Shown: positions 51,680-61,698 of the stretch, piece after piece | Numbering within the stretch: position 1 is the first letter of the stretch | How the letters are laid out: every line of letters starts with the position of its first letter | Source: Methanotrichaceae archaeon | GTDB lineage: Archaea; Halobacteriota; Methanosarcinia; Methanotrichales; Methanotrichaceae | Assembly (NCBI GenBank): GCA_963754945.1 | Contig: CAVWIG010000018.1 | Span: 32,001-96,000 of the forward strand | Direction of reading: 5' to 3' | DNA: 64,000 bases | Program-made: the position numbers and the translations under genes | Notes under the pieces: model-generated | The model's database searches: none | Told to the model about the DNA's origin: nothing | What the model saw: only the letters and a program-made list of their open reading frames with translations

Positions 51680-52261
51680 TTATCTTTCGACATGGAAGGC
51701 CTCGGCAAACTTCTTGACAGTCTTTCTTAAGGATCTGAAACCCTCTAGGTCCTCCTTGACCCCCTCCAGGGTGTCCTTAGACCAGAAGGTAGCGCCCAGA
51801 TTAGCGCCGAAGAAGCCGCCGCTGATGGGCATCATGCCGTTCAGGATGTAGAATGTGTGGATCTGCTGGATAGTCAGTTCCTGCCCACCCATGCGGTCTC
51901 CGCCTACGGCTATGGCCATGCCGGGCTTTCCCCGCAGGACCCTGGGGTCTGCGGCTAGGGTGGCCCTGGTCCTGTCGATGACGGCCTTCGTTTGCGCGGA
52001 AAGGCCGCCATTGTAAACCGGCGTGGCAATCACGAACCCTTCGGCCTCCCTGAACAGAGGATAGAGCTGGTACATGTCATCCTTGACCACGCACTCCTTG
52101 TTCTTGAGGCAGTAATCGCAGTGTTTGCATGGGTTGATGTTCTTTCCACGGACCGAGAAGAGCGAGGTCTGAAAGCCTCTCTCCTCCAGCATCTTCAGGG
52201 CTTCGCTCAGGACGTAATCGGTAGCCATCTTGCGCGGACTGCCGCATATACCAAGGATCAT
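51680..52261 (-). CDS. Iron-sulfur flavoprotein (flavodoxin family)
   Basis: GSPR, CKHCDYC.....C..KDD, TPVY.G, GG.R.GGQE. Confidence 0.88.
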   Translation of the reverse strand: MILGICGSPRKMATDYVLSEALKMLEERGFQTSLFSVRGKNINPCKHCDYCLKNKECVVKDDMYQLYPLFREAEGFVIATPVYNGGLSAQTKAVIDRTRATLAADPRVLRGKPGMAIAVGGDRMGGQELTIQQIHTFYILNGMMPISGGFFGANLGATFWSKDTLEGVKEDLEGFRSLRKTVKKFAEAFHVER

Positions 52262-52407
52262 GACAATTCTGTAGGCCTGCAAAATATTTCAGGTTTGTCC
52301 AGGAGCATTACTGAGTGTATTCAAATAGCGGTTAGAAAGGGCTGATCCAAAAATAGGCTCGGGAATCATACAATACAGCTCAACAACAGAAAAAGGGGAT
52401 GGAGATA

Positions 52408-52617
52408 TCACAGACCCTCTTCTCGCTCTGCGAGCCGCTGTCTGATCATCTCATCAACCTCTGATGATGAGGTGTCGAAGACCTCGCCGAGGATCTCCTT
52501 CGCGGTCTCGAGCTGCATGATCGGCAGATCGATTCTGCGCATGCGCAGAGGTACACAAGGGCCATACGGCAGCCTCTTATTTAGAGGCCATCTCAGGTGC
52601 TCAAGAACTCCTCCCAT
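52408..52617 (-). CDS. Small hypothetical protein (start uncertain)
   Basis: Helical C-terminal part MQLETAKEILGEVF...EVDEMIRQRL. Confidence 0.45.
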   Translation of the reverse strand: MGGVLEHLRWPLNKRLPYGPCVPLRMRRIDLPIMQLETAKEILGEVFDTSSSEVDEMIRQRLAEREEGL

Positions 52618-53049
52618 AGTACAAGCATAGTGCGTGTAAGCATAAATACCTTACTGGTTAAAATGATAACGGTAAATCATTTTTTGGATTAATGAAAGTA
52701 TGTATAACATACAAAGAAAATCCTAAAAATGACCGGATAATGATCCCTTCTTAGGAGGTCCGAGGTTTTGCTATGCTGGAATAGAAGTATGCTGAATATA
52801 GGTTAAAAAGTCCTGGGAGGCAGGGCGAAAGTGAAGGCAGATACGGAAGAGCCTGGCTGATGCTAGTAAGCTATTTGGTCAGAGCATAAGTAAGACCTTC
52901 AGAATTGATTTTAAGGCCGGATTGCGGGCCCAAGAATAGTCGGATTTCCCAAATATCGCAAGAATCAAGCTATCATAGCCAACGCAAACCCTAGACTGGC
53001 TTAATGAAATTACTAATGATAGTTCAATTTCTTCGGGTTGGAGATCGAA

Positions 53050-53742
53050 TTATGGCGTCCCCTCTGACCTCGGTGTCTCCAGCAGCATCTCCTGCACCCA
53101 GTCCCAGTCATGGTCGTAGATATGGGCCGAGGCGCTGGTGGTGGAGATCGACCCTGGAATTGCGCCCACCTCGCAGGAGACAAACTGCAGGACTCTGGCT
53201 AAGCCGTAGAGGTTGGCCGGATAAGCGCCGGCGAAGTCATGGCTCCTGAAGAAGATCGCCAGGTTCAGCTTTCCGTCGCGAAGCTTGAAGTCATCAACGA
53301 TCATGCATGGAACCTCGTCTCTGGCGTTGTCTACAGGTGGTATCCATGTGACGGCCGTTGCGCGTCTGGTCGAGGGCGATGCCTTCAGGCGGCGGATGAC
53401 ATGCCGGAGTTGATCGACTGAGTCGGATGAAGTCGGACACGTCTCATCATCAGGAACCTTCCAGCTCCGCAGCCGCTCGCCATAGGTGTACTCGAAGCCG
53501 GGGTTCTCTCCGCTAAGGAGCTGAGCTGCATAATCCTCCAAACGCTCCTGGTTCCAGGAGTACTCGTAAGGGATCATCTCCCGGTAGGGGTCCTCCACCA
53601 CAACCTGAAGGGCTAGAAGCTCCTTTATCTTGGTCCCACGCTCGTCTGTAAGCTCTTGCCCTTGCCTCCAAATAAGGTTAAGGCCCCTGTGCCATGCATC
53701 GGTGATGGTCTTGCCGCGTATGAACCTGCCAACTTTTACCAT
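53050..53742 (-). CDS. thyA: Archaeal thymidylate synthase
   Basis: FEYTYGERL, TRRA, VPC, FRSHD..A.PAN, SAHIY. Confidence 0.9.
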   Translation of the reverse strand: MVKVGRFIRGKTITDAWHRGLNLIWRQGQELTDERGTKIKELLALQVVVEDPYREMIPYEYSWNQERLEDYAAQLLSGENPGFEYTYGERLRSWKVPDDETCPTSSDSVDQLRHVIRRLKASPSTRRATAVTWIPPVDNARDEVPCMIVDDFKLRDGKLNLAIFFRSHDFAGAYPANLYGLARVLQFVSCEVGAIPGSISTTSASAHIYDHDWDWVQEMLLETPRSEGTP

Positions 53743-54149
53743 AATCTACCCCTCTGAAGATGTCTGGATGATTCCGTTGATTCGCCCTTGGTTTGCTCTA
53801 ACCGTCCCACTGTACCCAATGCAGGCGGTATAAAATAGGTTGTTCTCAATTCGGTTATTTTGCAGGACTTAGGTTATTTTGCGAGAATGGACCTACTTGC
53901 TTTCCAGCTCGGCCAGTCCCTCTAGCGGCAGCGCCTTTATGATGTCCGGATTCTTGGTGTAGCGGTGTGCTTGTGCCTTAATTCCTGGCCAGTGGCCGCG
54001 TATCCTTCGTATTGTATTTTTCGGCTATCGCTTCTAGTCCGTGAGATTAGATAACGCCTGGTGATACTTAAGTATTTTTGAGAGACATTTGAGCGATATC
54101 GGGTCAAGCAAGCAAGAACCATCCCTTGGACATGTAAATGGAAAATCGG

Positions 54150-54383
54150 TTAACGAAGAAATGTTCTCAACCAAGAGCCGGTAAGAACTGCAGTCCTTCG
54201 AGGAACCTCAACGTCAAACCCGCCAAGGCTGAACTTCATGGCCAGCAAGCCGCTATGGATCAACAGAGCCAGTATTATTAAAGCAACCTCTAGAAGGATG
54301 AGCACTGCTAAGAACGAAGCCCTCAGCCTGGGGTTCTGTATCATCTCCCATATGAGATCCCACAAAGTTCTTCCCACAACCAT
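54150..54383 (-). CDS. Small membrane protein
   Basis: 77-aa ORF with one strong TM segment. Confidence 0.4.
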   Translation of the reverse strand: MVVGRTLWDLIWEMIQNPRLRASFLAVLILLEVALIILALLIHSGLLAMKFSLGGFDVEVPRRTAVLTGSWLRTFLR

Positions 54384-54751
54384 CTCATCTTCCTGCCTGC
54401 CGGATCTGCAAGCATCTCAATTATGTCTCAGGCTGTTGATAAGCCGATGGTGGGCGCCTGGAGCGAAAGTAATACCAGCCTCGCAGCAAAGGAGATTTAG
54501 GTTAGAACATCTTTTTAGAGATACATAAAATGAACTAGTATTTTTGGGAAATTTGTCTGTATCTCTTTCGTCTTCGCGACGTTGTCTCTTGAAAACTCAT
54601 GAGATCTAGCGGTTTCTCTTCACCTCTTTTAGAATTCTTATATCTCTATTTTGATCTAATTCAACAACAGATAACTCATTAATTCTGTGACATTATTTGC
54701 AGGAATCTTAGAAGATGTAATAGAACTTTCCTGGAGATATAGTAGAATATT

Positions 54752-55000
54752 CTACTTCGCCGGCTCAGTCTTCCAATATGCATTATACCAAAACTTGTGG
54801 CCTTCTTTCTTCTGCCTCTCGTCATAGGCAACCCAGCCCCATTTTTTCAGAGCGCCTAAGTCCCTGACCAGTCGCCGCTCAGCCCTCACCCAATCGATAT
54901 AGCTTGAGATCTCAAGACCCATCGCCTTGGCTATCTCCTTTATAGATACGGCCTCTTCTCTGTTATCAGGAAGAACTGCCAGAACTTCTTCATGGTTCAT
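54752..55000 (-). CDS. Small winged-helix-like protein
   Basis: GGAGAG RBS; SIKEIAKAMGL...L..L.KWGWV pattern. Confidence 0.55.
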   Translation of the reverse strand: MNHEEVLAVLPDNREEAVSIKEIAKAMGLEISSYIDWVRAERRLVRDLGALKKWGWVAYDERQKKEGHKFWYNAYWKTEPAK

Positions 55001-56418
55001 GGCATCTCTCTCCTATCTGCCCTGTGCAAGCGATAATCTCCCTCCAATCATCCTTAGTATTCCATGTCAATAAGCCGTATTTTAGTAAATATTGTTTAAG
55101 ATTCATATTTAAATTTTATTGATAAAAATGAGGAGATCCTAGCTAAGCTTGTTCTTAATTGTGGAGGGTTTGCCTGGACCATTCAGAAGAGGTGGTGGGG
55201 ATTGATGACGAGACCGATGGTCCAAGCGAGGTATGTCTGACTATAGTCATTCTCCTAACTTTTTACACCAATAAATTTCTCTACCCAAGATCTTGAGTAT
55301 CCATCTTTTCTTGCATGAAATATCTCTAGTGCACCATAACGCAAGTTTTAAATCTTATAAAAGGTCTAGAATATAGATCGTGGCAAGAAAAACAAAATTC
55401 TGTGTGAAACTGGAAGAGAAAGAACGAGAAGAGTTGAACCAGTACATCCGTCGTGGGAAGTCGTCTGCAAGGAGTTTAACTCGCGCAAGAATACTGCTCC
55501 TGGCCGACGAAGGGCAATCCGATGCGGAGATCATTGATGCATTGAAGGCGAGCAGAACGACAATAGTGAGGATAAGAAAGAGATATTTCGAGGGTGGCCT
55601 GGAATCTGCATTGAATGAAAGATCTCGCAGTGGAGCGCCTCCGAAGATAGATGCACGAGTTGAGGCTAACTGACCGGCATTGCTTGCTCAGATCCGCCTG
55701 AAGGCAGATCGAGATGGACGCTGAATCTATTGGCCGACAAGCTTGTTGAGCTGGGGGAAGTGGACTCGATCTCAGGAATGAGCGTTTGCAGAGCGTTAAA
55801 AAAAATGAAATAAAGCCATGGCTCAAACAGCGATGGTGCATAGGGAGCATGACGAGCGAATATATCTGGAACATGGAAAATGTATTAACTCTGTACGAGC
55901 AACCATATGATCCGAGGCATCCTGTGGTTTGTTTCGACGAGAGGCCATGCCAACTGATAGGCGATGTCTTAGTGCCTATACCCATGAAACCAGGCAGTCC
56001 GAAGAAGGTGCATTATGAATACGTCCGTAACGGGACATGTTGCATCCTTATTGCTTTTGATCTTCATGCAGGAAAAAGAATGATTCGTGTCATGGAGCAC
56101 AGGACAAGGGTGGACTACGCCCATTTCATGAAAGAACTTACCCAGCAATATCCAGGTGTAGAATCCATTCGATTGGTCCAGGATAATCTCAATACGCATA
56201 CTTCAGGCTCATTTTATAATGCTTTTGCGCCTGAAGAGGCGTTTGAGCTGGCTAAGGAGTTCGAATATTATTATACGCCAAAGAAAGGTAGCTGGCTCAA
56301 CATGGCTGAGATAGAACTCTCAGCCCTATCGAAGCAATGCCTCGATCGTCGGATTGGAGACATCGATACTTTAACCAAAGAGGCTTCGGTGTGGGCACAA
56401 GAACGTAACGCAAAAAAA

Positions 56419-57689
56419 GGCAGTGTAACGATTTTTCTGTACTTTGATAATAAGAATGATTATCGGCCCTGTATCCTATCCAATCTTGAGAAAAGGAGGA
56501 CACAGGACCATGATACCCATAGCACTCTTGGAAGATTACCTTATCGATCAGGAAGATGGACTAAAGAAGCTTCTGACCTGGTTCTTGAACCTTGTAATGC
56601 AGCTAGAAGCGGCGCAACAGGCAGATGCAGAACCGTATCAGAGAGTCGAATCCCGAAAGGCACATAGGAATGGCTACAAGGAAAGATCTCTGAAGACGCG
56701 AGTTGGAGAGCTCCGACTCAAGAAACCTCAATTCCGTGAAATTTCCTTCGAAACCAAGGTGTTCGACAGATTTTCGCGCGTAGAGAAGGCTTTGGTCAAC
56801 GCTGTACTCGAATCGTATCTCCAGGGGGTTTCAACCAGGAGAATCCAAGATATTGTCTCTCGATTTGGCATCGAGAATTTATCTGCCTCTAGCGTTTCCA
56901 GGATATCCAAAGAGCTTGACGAGAAGGTAGAAGAATTCCTGAAGAAACCTATCGAACGTCCTATTCCTTATCTTTATGTAGATGCAAGCTACTTCAAAGT
57001 AAGAACAGAATCAAGATATGTTACCAAAGCTTTCATGATCGTCACAGGTGTTAGAGATGACGGTTATCGCGAGATACTTGGCGCAAGAATAGCTGACAGT
57101 GAAGATGAACTCTTCTGGTCGGGATTATTTCAAGATCTGGCGGATCGTGGGTTGTCCGGAGTAAAGCTCGTGATATCAGATGGTCATAAGGGAATCCAGA
57201 AAGCGGTTGAGAAATCATTTCTTGGTGCTTCATGGCAAATGTGTCACGTTCACTTTTCAAGAGCGGTCTTGAGAAACGTTGCCAAGAAGTATCATAAGGA
57301 GATCGCCGATAAGATCAAGATCGCTCTGGAAGACGAAATCAAGATACAGGACTTAGCGAAAGAATTGAGGGAAAGAGGTTATGCGAAATCTGCTGACACT
57401 ATCGACCGCTTCAGATTCAGTCTGTGGAATTACAGGGCATTCCCCAGAGGTCACTGGAGAAGGATTCGGACTACAAACGGGCTGGAGAGGATCAACAAGG
57501 AGCTGAAAAGAAGATCCAGGGTAGTCGGTGCCTTCCCAAGTGAGAGCTCGTTCATGAGGTTAGGGGTTTCGATCCTCATCGATATCAACGAAGAATGGCT
57601 GACCGCTAAAAAGTATTTATCTATGGATGCTGATTGAGTATGTTGGGATACAGGGCAACTCCAAATTACAGAAATCTCGGCACACTACC
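56419..57689 (+). mobile_element. IS256-family element, copy 1 (1271 bp)
   Basis: Imperfect TIRs GGCAGTGTAACGATTTTTCTGTA / TACAGAAATCTCGGCACACTACC; 8-bp TSD CAAAAAAA. Confidence 0.93.
56510..57637 (+). CDS. IS256 family transposase
   Basis: RNGY..R.L.TR.G, Y.QGVSTR, YVDA, ISDGHKG, WQ.C.VHF, RTTN.LER.N.E.KRR; AGGAGG RBS. Confidence 0.95.
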   Translation: MIPIALLEDYLIDQEDGLKKLLTWFLNLVMQLEAAQQADAEPYQRVESRKAHRNGYKERSLKTRVGELRLKKPQFREISFETKVFDRFSRVEKALVNAVLESYLQGVSTRRIQDIVSRFGIENLSASSVSRISKELDEKVEEFLKKPIERPIPYLYVDASYFKVRTESRYVTKAFMIVTGVRDDGYREILGARIADSEDELFWSGLFQDLADRGLSGVKLVISDGHKGIQKAVEKSFLGASWQMCHVHFSRAVLRNVAKKYHKEIADKIKIALEDEIKIQDLAKELRERGYAKSADTIDRFRFSLWNYRAFPRGHWRRIRTTNGLERINKELKRRSRVVGAFPSESSFMRLGVSILIDINEEWLTAKKYLSMDAD

Positions 57690-57788
57690 CAAAAAAAACT
57701 ACTGTAAGATGGAAATTCACGAAGAATGATGCAAGATTAAAGCTAAACAGGCATTATATTAATTTGCAAAATTAATGTTATGGTGCAC

Positions 57789-58255
57789 TAGTGCACTTCT
57801 CTCGCTCATTTCGACAGATTCATCGAAATTCGTGAATTTAGATATGTACTTTTTAAAGTCTTCCAACCGAATTCAATAGGGTTCAAGTCCGGAGAATATG
57901 GTGTATTATAAATTAAGTGAATATCAATTTCCTGGGCTAATGCTCTAAATTTCTTTGCTATATGGATTTTAGCATTATCCAAGAGAATGCAGATTGGATT
58001 CATATGGTTATTTGATCTTAAACTTTGAAGAAATCGCATCAAGTCCTCAGTCTTAGATGACTCAGAGACCATAACTTCATCATTGCCGTTTAATGCCACG
58101 AATCCAAAGATGGTTTTCGATCTAACTTTTCCAGGCTGATAATTTATCACAGGTGTATTTATAACTCTGCGCTTATTTGGACATTGTTGCAAAGCGCTTT
58201 CATCAAGGAATCCAATGATAGGATCAGTAATCGTAGTTAGAACTGAATCAATCCT
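57789..58255 (-). pseudogene. IS630 transposase orfB (DDE), outer element; frameshift ~57860 and split by insertion
   Basis: IIGFLDES, LLDNAKIH, PYSPDLNPIEFGW. Confidence 0.75.
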
Positions 58256-58722
58256 TTTTTTAAAAAGTTTTCTGCATCCTTCGGCCTTTTATTGTTCCTA
58301 ATATATGGTTTTCCATATTTGACTTTTTTATCAACTCTTAAGACTTTCCAAACTCGTTTATAGGATAATTCAACTCCCCGTGTATCTTTAACATACTTAA
58401 CTACATCCTTGATTGTCATCCCTTTACCTTCAAGTTCCTTAATGATCTCATCCCATTCTTCTGAAGATATCTTTGGCACTTTGCCACCGGTATTCTGTGG
58501 TATTAATCCTTCATAGCCCTTTTTATTCCATCTGCTTAGCCAATGTTCTATTGTTCTTTCACTTCGCTTCAAAATATTTGCTATTTCATATACATTTTTC
58601 CCTTCATATAATTGTATTATTGCAAGCAACCGTTCCTTAACTCTTGAATTATTTCCTTTTTTGTATAACTGATAGGGATCTTCTTTTGATATATGCCGCT
58701 CAATTACAGGTTTTCTTCCCAT
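58237..58722 (-). CDS. IS630 transposase orfA (HTH), outer element
   Basis: RLLAI, TI..WL.RWN..G.EGL, Y.KPY; ends at slippery TTTTTAAAAAAAG. Confidence 0.8.
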   Translation of the reverse strand: MGRKPVIERHISKEDPYQLYKKGNNSRVKERLLAIIQLYEGKNVYEIANILKRSERTIEHWLSRWNKKGYEGLIPQNTGGKVPKISSEEWDEIIKELEGKGMTIKDVVKYVKDTRGVELSYKRVWKVLRVDKKVKYGKPYIRNNKRPKDAENFLKKGLIQF

Positions 58723-58950
58723 ATACGCTAATCGTATTCAAAATATTAAAAAGTATCTATAGTGTGATATCGAAGAAGATTAACTATAATAATGTCATAG
58801 AACATTTTTGAGGATGCATGCACTTGCTCGGCGATTTGTTCACAATGGATTGTACAACGTGCAAAAAGATGCCTAAATCTTTTTCGGTAACTTTTTATTC
58901 CACAGACTTTAGGTACAAATCGACTAGCTCATCTGAAAGTGGTTGATTGT

Positions 58951-60221
58951 GGTAGTGTGCCGAGATTTCTGTAATTTGGAGTTGCCCTGTATCCCAACAT
59001 ACTCAATCAGCATCCATAGATAAATACTTTTTAGCGGTCAGCCATTCTTCGTTGATATCGATGAGGATCGAAACCCCTAACCTCATGAACGAGCTCTCAC
59101 TTGGGAAGGCACCGACTACCCTGGATCTTCTTTTCAGCTCCTTGTTGATCCTCTCCAGCCCGTTTGTAGTCCGAATCCTTCTCCAGTGACCTCTGGGGAA
59201 TGCCCTGTAATTCCACAGACTGAATCTGAAGCGGTCGATAGTGTCAGCAGATTTCGCATAACCTCTTTCCCTCAATTCTTTCGCTAAGTCCTGTATCTTG
59301 ATTTCGTCTTCCAGAGCGATCTTGATCTTATCGGCGATCTCCTTATGATACTTCTTGGCAACGTTTCTCAAGACCGCTCTTGAAAAGTGAACGTGACACA
59401 TTTGCCATGAAGCACCAAGAAATGATTTCTCAACCGCTTTCTGGATTCCCTTATGACCATCTGATATCACGAGCTTTACTCCGGACAACCCACGATCCGC
59501 CAGATCTTGAAATAATCCCGACCAGAAGAGTTCATCTTCACTGTCAGCTATTCTTGCGCCAAGTATCTCGCGATAACCGTCATCTCTAACACCTGTGACG
59601 ATCATGAAAGCTTTGGTAACATATCTTGATTCTGTTCTTACTTTGAAGTAGCTTGCATCTACATAAAGATAAGGAATAGGACGTTCGATAGGTTTCTTCA
59701 GGAATTCTTCTACCTTCTCGTCAAGCTCTTTGGATATCCTGGAAACGCTAGAGGCAGATAAATTCTCGATGCCAAATCGAGAGACAATATCTTGGATTCT
59801 CCTGGTTGAAACCCCCTGGAGATACGATTCGAGTACAGCGTTGACCAAAGCCTTCTCTACGCGCGAAAATCTGTCGAACACCTTGGTTTCGAAGGAAATT
59901 TCACGGAATTGAGGTTTCTTGAGTCGGAGCTCTCCAACTCGCGTCTTCAGAGATCTTTCCTTGTAGCCATTCCTATGTGCCTTTCGGGATTCGACTCTCT
60001 GATACGGTTCTGCATCTGCCTGTTGCGCCGCTTCTAGCTGCATTACAAGGTTCAAGAACCAGGTCAGAAGCTTCTTTAGTCCATCTTCCTGATCGATAAG
60101 GTAATCTTCCAAGAGTGCTATGGGTATCATGGTCCTGTGTCCTCCTTTTCTCAAGATTGGATAGGATACAGGGCCGATAATCATTCTTATTATCAAAGTA
60201 CAGAAAAATCGTTACACTGCC
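58951..60221 (-). mobile_element. IS256-family element, copy 2, inverted
   Basis: Same length, same ends and identical protein as copy 1; no matching TSD. Confidence 0.93.
59003..60130 (-). CDS. IS256 family transposase
   Basis: Translation identical to 56510-57637. Confidence 0.95.
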   Translation of the reverse strand: MIPIALLEDYLIDQEDGLKKLLTWFLNLVMQLEAAQQADAEPYQRVESRKAHRNGYKERSLKTRVGELRLKKPQFREISFETKVFDRFSRVEKALVNAVLESYLQGVSTRRIQDIVSRFGIENLSASSVSRISKELDEKVEEFLKKPIERPIPYLYVDASYFKVRTESRYVTKAFMIVTGVRDDGYREILGARIADSEDELFWSGLFQDLADRGLSGVKLVISDGHKGIQKAVEKSFLGASWQMCHVHFSRAVLRNVAKKYHKEIADKIKIALEDEIKIQDLAKELRERGYAKSADTIDRFRFSLWNYRAFPRGHWRRIRTTNGLERINKELKRRSRVVGAFPSESSFMRLGVSILIDINEEWLTAKKYLSMDAD

Positions 60222-60279
60222 GACAGCAGCGGTTATTACATAGTCAAAAGAGTATATGCGATTAAAGGAGTGTTATGTG

Positions 60280-60555
60280 ATGGATAAATTTCTGGGTGTA
60301 GTACAGGGTGGAAGGTTCTCAATTTTAATGCCCCGTCCACAATGTTGCACAGTCAAGCTGACCCGCATAGCCAAGCCGGCATCCATAGCTGAAGAGCTGG
60401 TGGCCTCGCACGAGATAAGTTTGGCTGAATACGAGGGCAGAGCCATCATGGTTAACGGAGTTCTCCCCGAGCATAAGGGGTGGCTCTATGAGGCCAATGT
60501 GATCGACCAGGCTAGTCCCATACTGACGGAAGTGGTGAAAGAACTCTTCAGATAG
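60280..60555 (+). CDS. Hypothetical protein
   Basis: AAGGAG RBS, 91-aa ORF. Confidence 0.6.
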   Translation: MDKFLGVVQGGRFSILMPRPQCCTVKLTRIAKPASIAEELVASHEISLAEYEGRAIMVNGVLPEHKGWLYEANVIDQASPILTEVVKELFR

Positions 60556-60803
60556 AGCGGAATGTTCTTGATAGGCGACACGATTTAGATGACAACATCA
60601 AGATCTTTTTTCTATGAAATGGACTAAGAATATTATTTCGTCCTTTAAACATGAACCTTTGAATTATGTGCCCTTATCCTAAATCCCATCAGATTTAAGA
60701 ATCTGCCATCTGTTGCCTAACTGGAATTGTGGGTAAGGATTAAAGCGACCAAGCCCGGAGCATTGAAGAAGCTTTAAGAACTTTGAAAGCCGAAAACCGA
60801 ATA

Positions 60804-61301
60804 ATGCTGTCGGGTATTATTGTTAAGCCTCTTAAACGGTTCACAGATGAAAGGGGATTCTTTACAGAGATCATGAGAAACGATTGGACAGATGTATTTC
60901 AGGATGATGTATGCCAGGCAAACATGTCCATTAGCTATCCAGGCATAGTAAGGGCTTGGCATAAGCACGAAAGAGGCCAGATTGATCGCTTCTTGGTAAT
61001 TAATGGAGCATTGAAGATCTGCGCTTACGATGATGCGACCCAGGAGCTCGATGAAGTGGTTTCGGCCGGTGAGAACCCTCAGATCGTCAGGGTTCCTGGC
61101 CATTACTGGCACGGTTTCAAGGTAGTAGGGAACGAGCCTGCCGCGCTGGTCTACTTCGCGAACAAGCTTTACGATTACGAGGACTCTGACGAGATCAGAA
61201 GGCCGTGGAACGATCCGTCGGTGGTTCCTATGACGATAAACGGCAAAACTGATGAGCGTTGTAGCAGGCAATGGGATTGGTTCTACCCCGCTTTCAAGTA
61301 G
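60804..61301 (+). CDS. rmlC: dTDP-4-dehydrorhamnose 3,5-epimerase family cupin
   Basis: F.DERGFF.E, Q.N.S.S.PG..RAWH.H, VP..YWHGF. Confidence 0.82.
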   Translation: MLSGIIVKPLKRFTDERGFFTEIMRNDWTDVFQDDVCQANMSISYPGIVRAWHKHERGQIDRFLVINGALKICAYDDATQELDEVVSAGENPQIVRVPGHYWHGFKVVGNEPAALVYFANKLYDYEDSDEIRRPWNDPSVVPMTINGKTDERCSRQWDWFYPAFK

Positions 61302-61659
61302 ATGACCTTTGCAGACCCAACAAGCGCAACATAATCAGTTCTGCCTGGCCTTCACTGCGATCTTCGCGGTTTTTGCAGACCCGGGATTTTCCTAACACAC
61401 TCTACTAGCGTGGCAATGAAAAAGCTTCGCTAGTACTTTGGAAATGTTTCGGATTTACCAAGCTAGTCCTCACTTTAGCGACGCTTGCTGTATCGCAGCG
61501 GTAATGACCTCAGGCCCTACCCTCTACGACCGATATGGTCATTTACATAATATTCCTATCAGAAATCGTATTGCATCAAAGTACCCAGAATGATCGGCCA
61601 GAATAGGCACTTTTCATTAAGCTGAATATTTTAATTATCTGGCATCCGCTAATCGAATT

Positions 61660-61698
61660 CAAAAATAAAAGAAAAGGTTGGTAAGCCTTGCGGCTTAC
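61660..61698 (-). terminator. Probable mcr operon terminator
   Basis: GTAAGCC-TTGC-GGCTTAC hairpin over the mcrA stop, followed on the minus strand by a T-rich run. Confidence 0.6.

Larger units (their letters stand above)
55380..57775 (+). pseudogene. IS630 transposase (orfA/orfB), disrupted
   Basis: RARILLLAD HTH; one-base lesion ~55670; A8 slippery site 55798-55805; CFDE, QDNL.TH, TP..GSWLN.AE; last ~25 codons lie after the IS256. Confidence 0.85.
55329..57788 (+). mobile_element. Inner IS630-family element, interrupted by IS256
   Basis: Perfect 12-bp TIR GTGCACCATAAC/GTTATGGTGCAC flanked by duplicated TA. Confidence 0.88.
55241..58762 (-). mobile_element. Outer IS630-family element, interrupted by a second IS630
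   Basis: CTATAG at both ends; orfA 58722-58237 and orfB (FLDES, LDNA..H, PYSPDLNPIE); its C-terminus resumes at 55328-55255. Confidence 0.75.
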
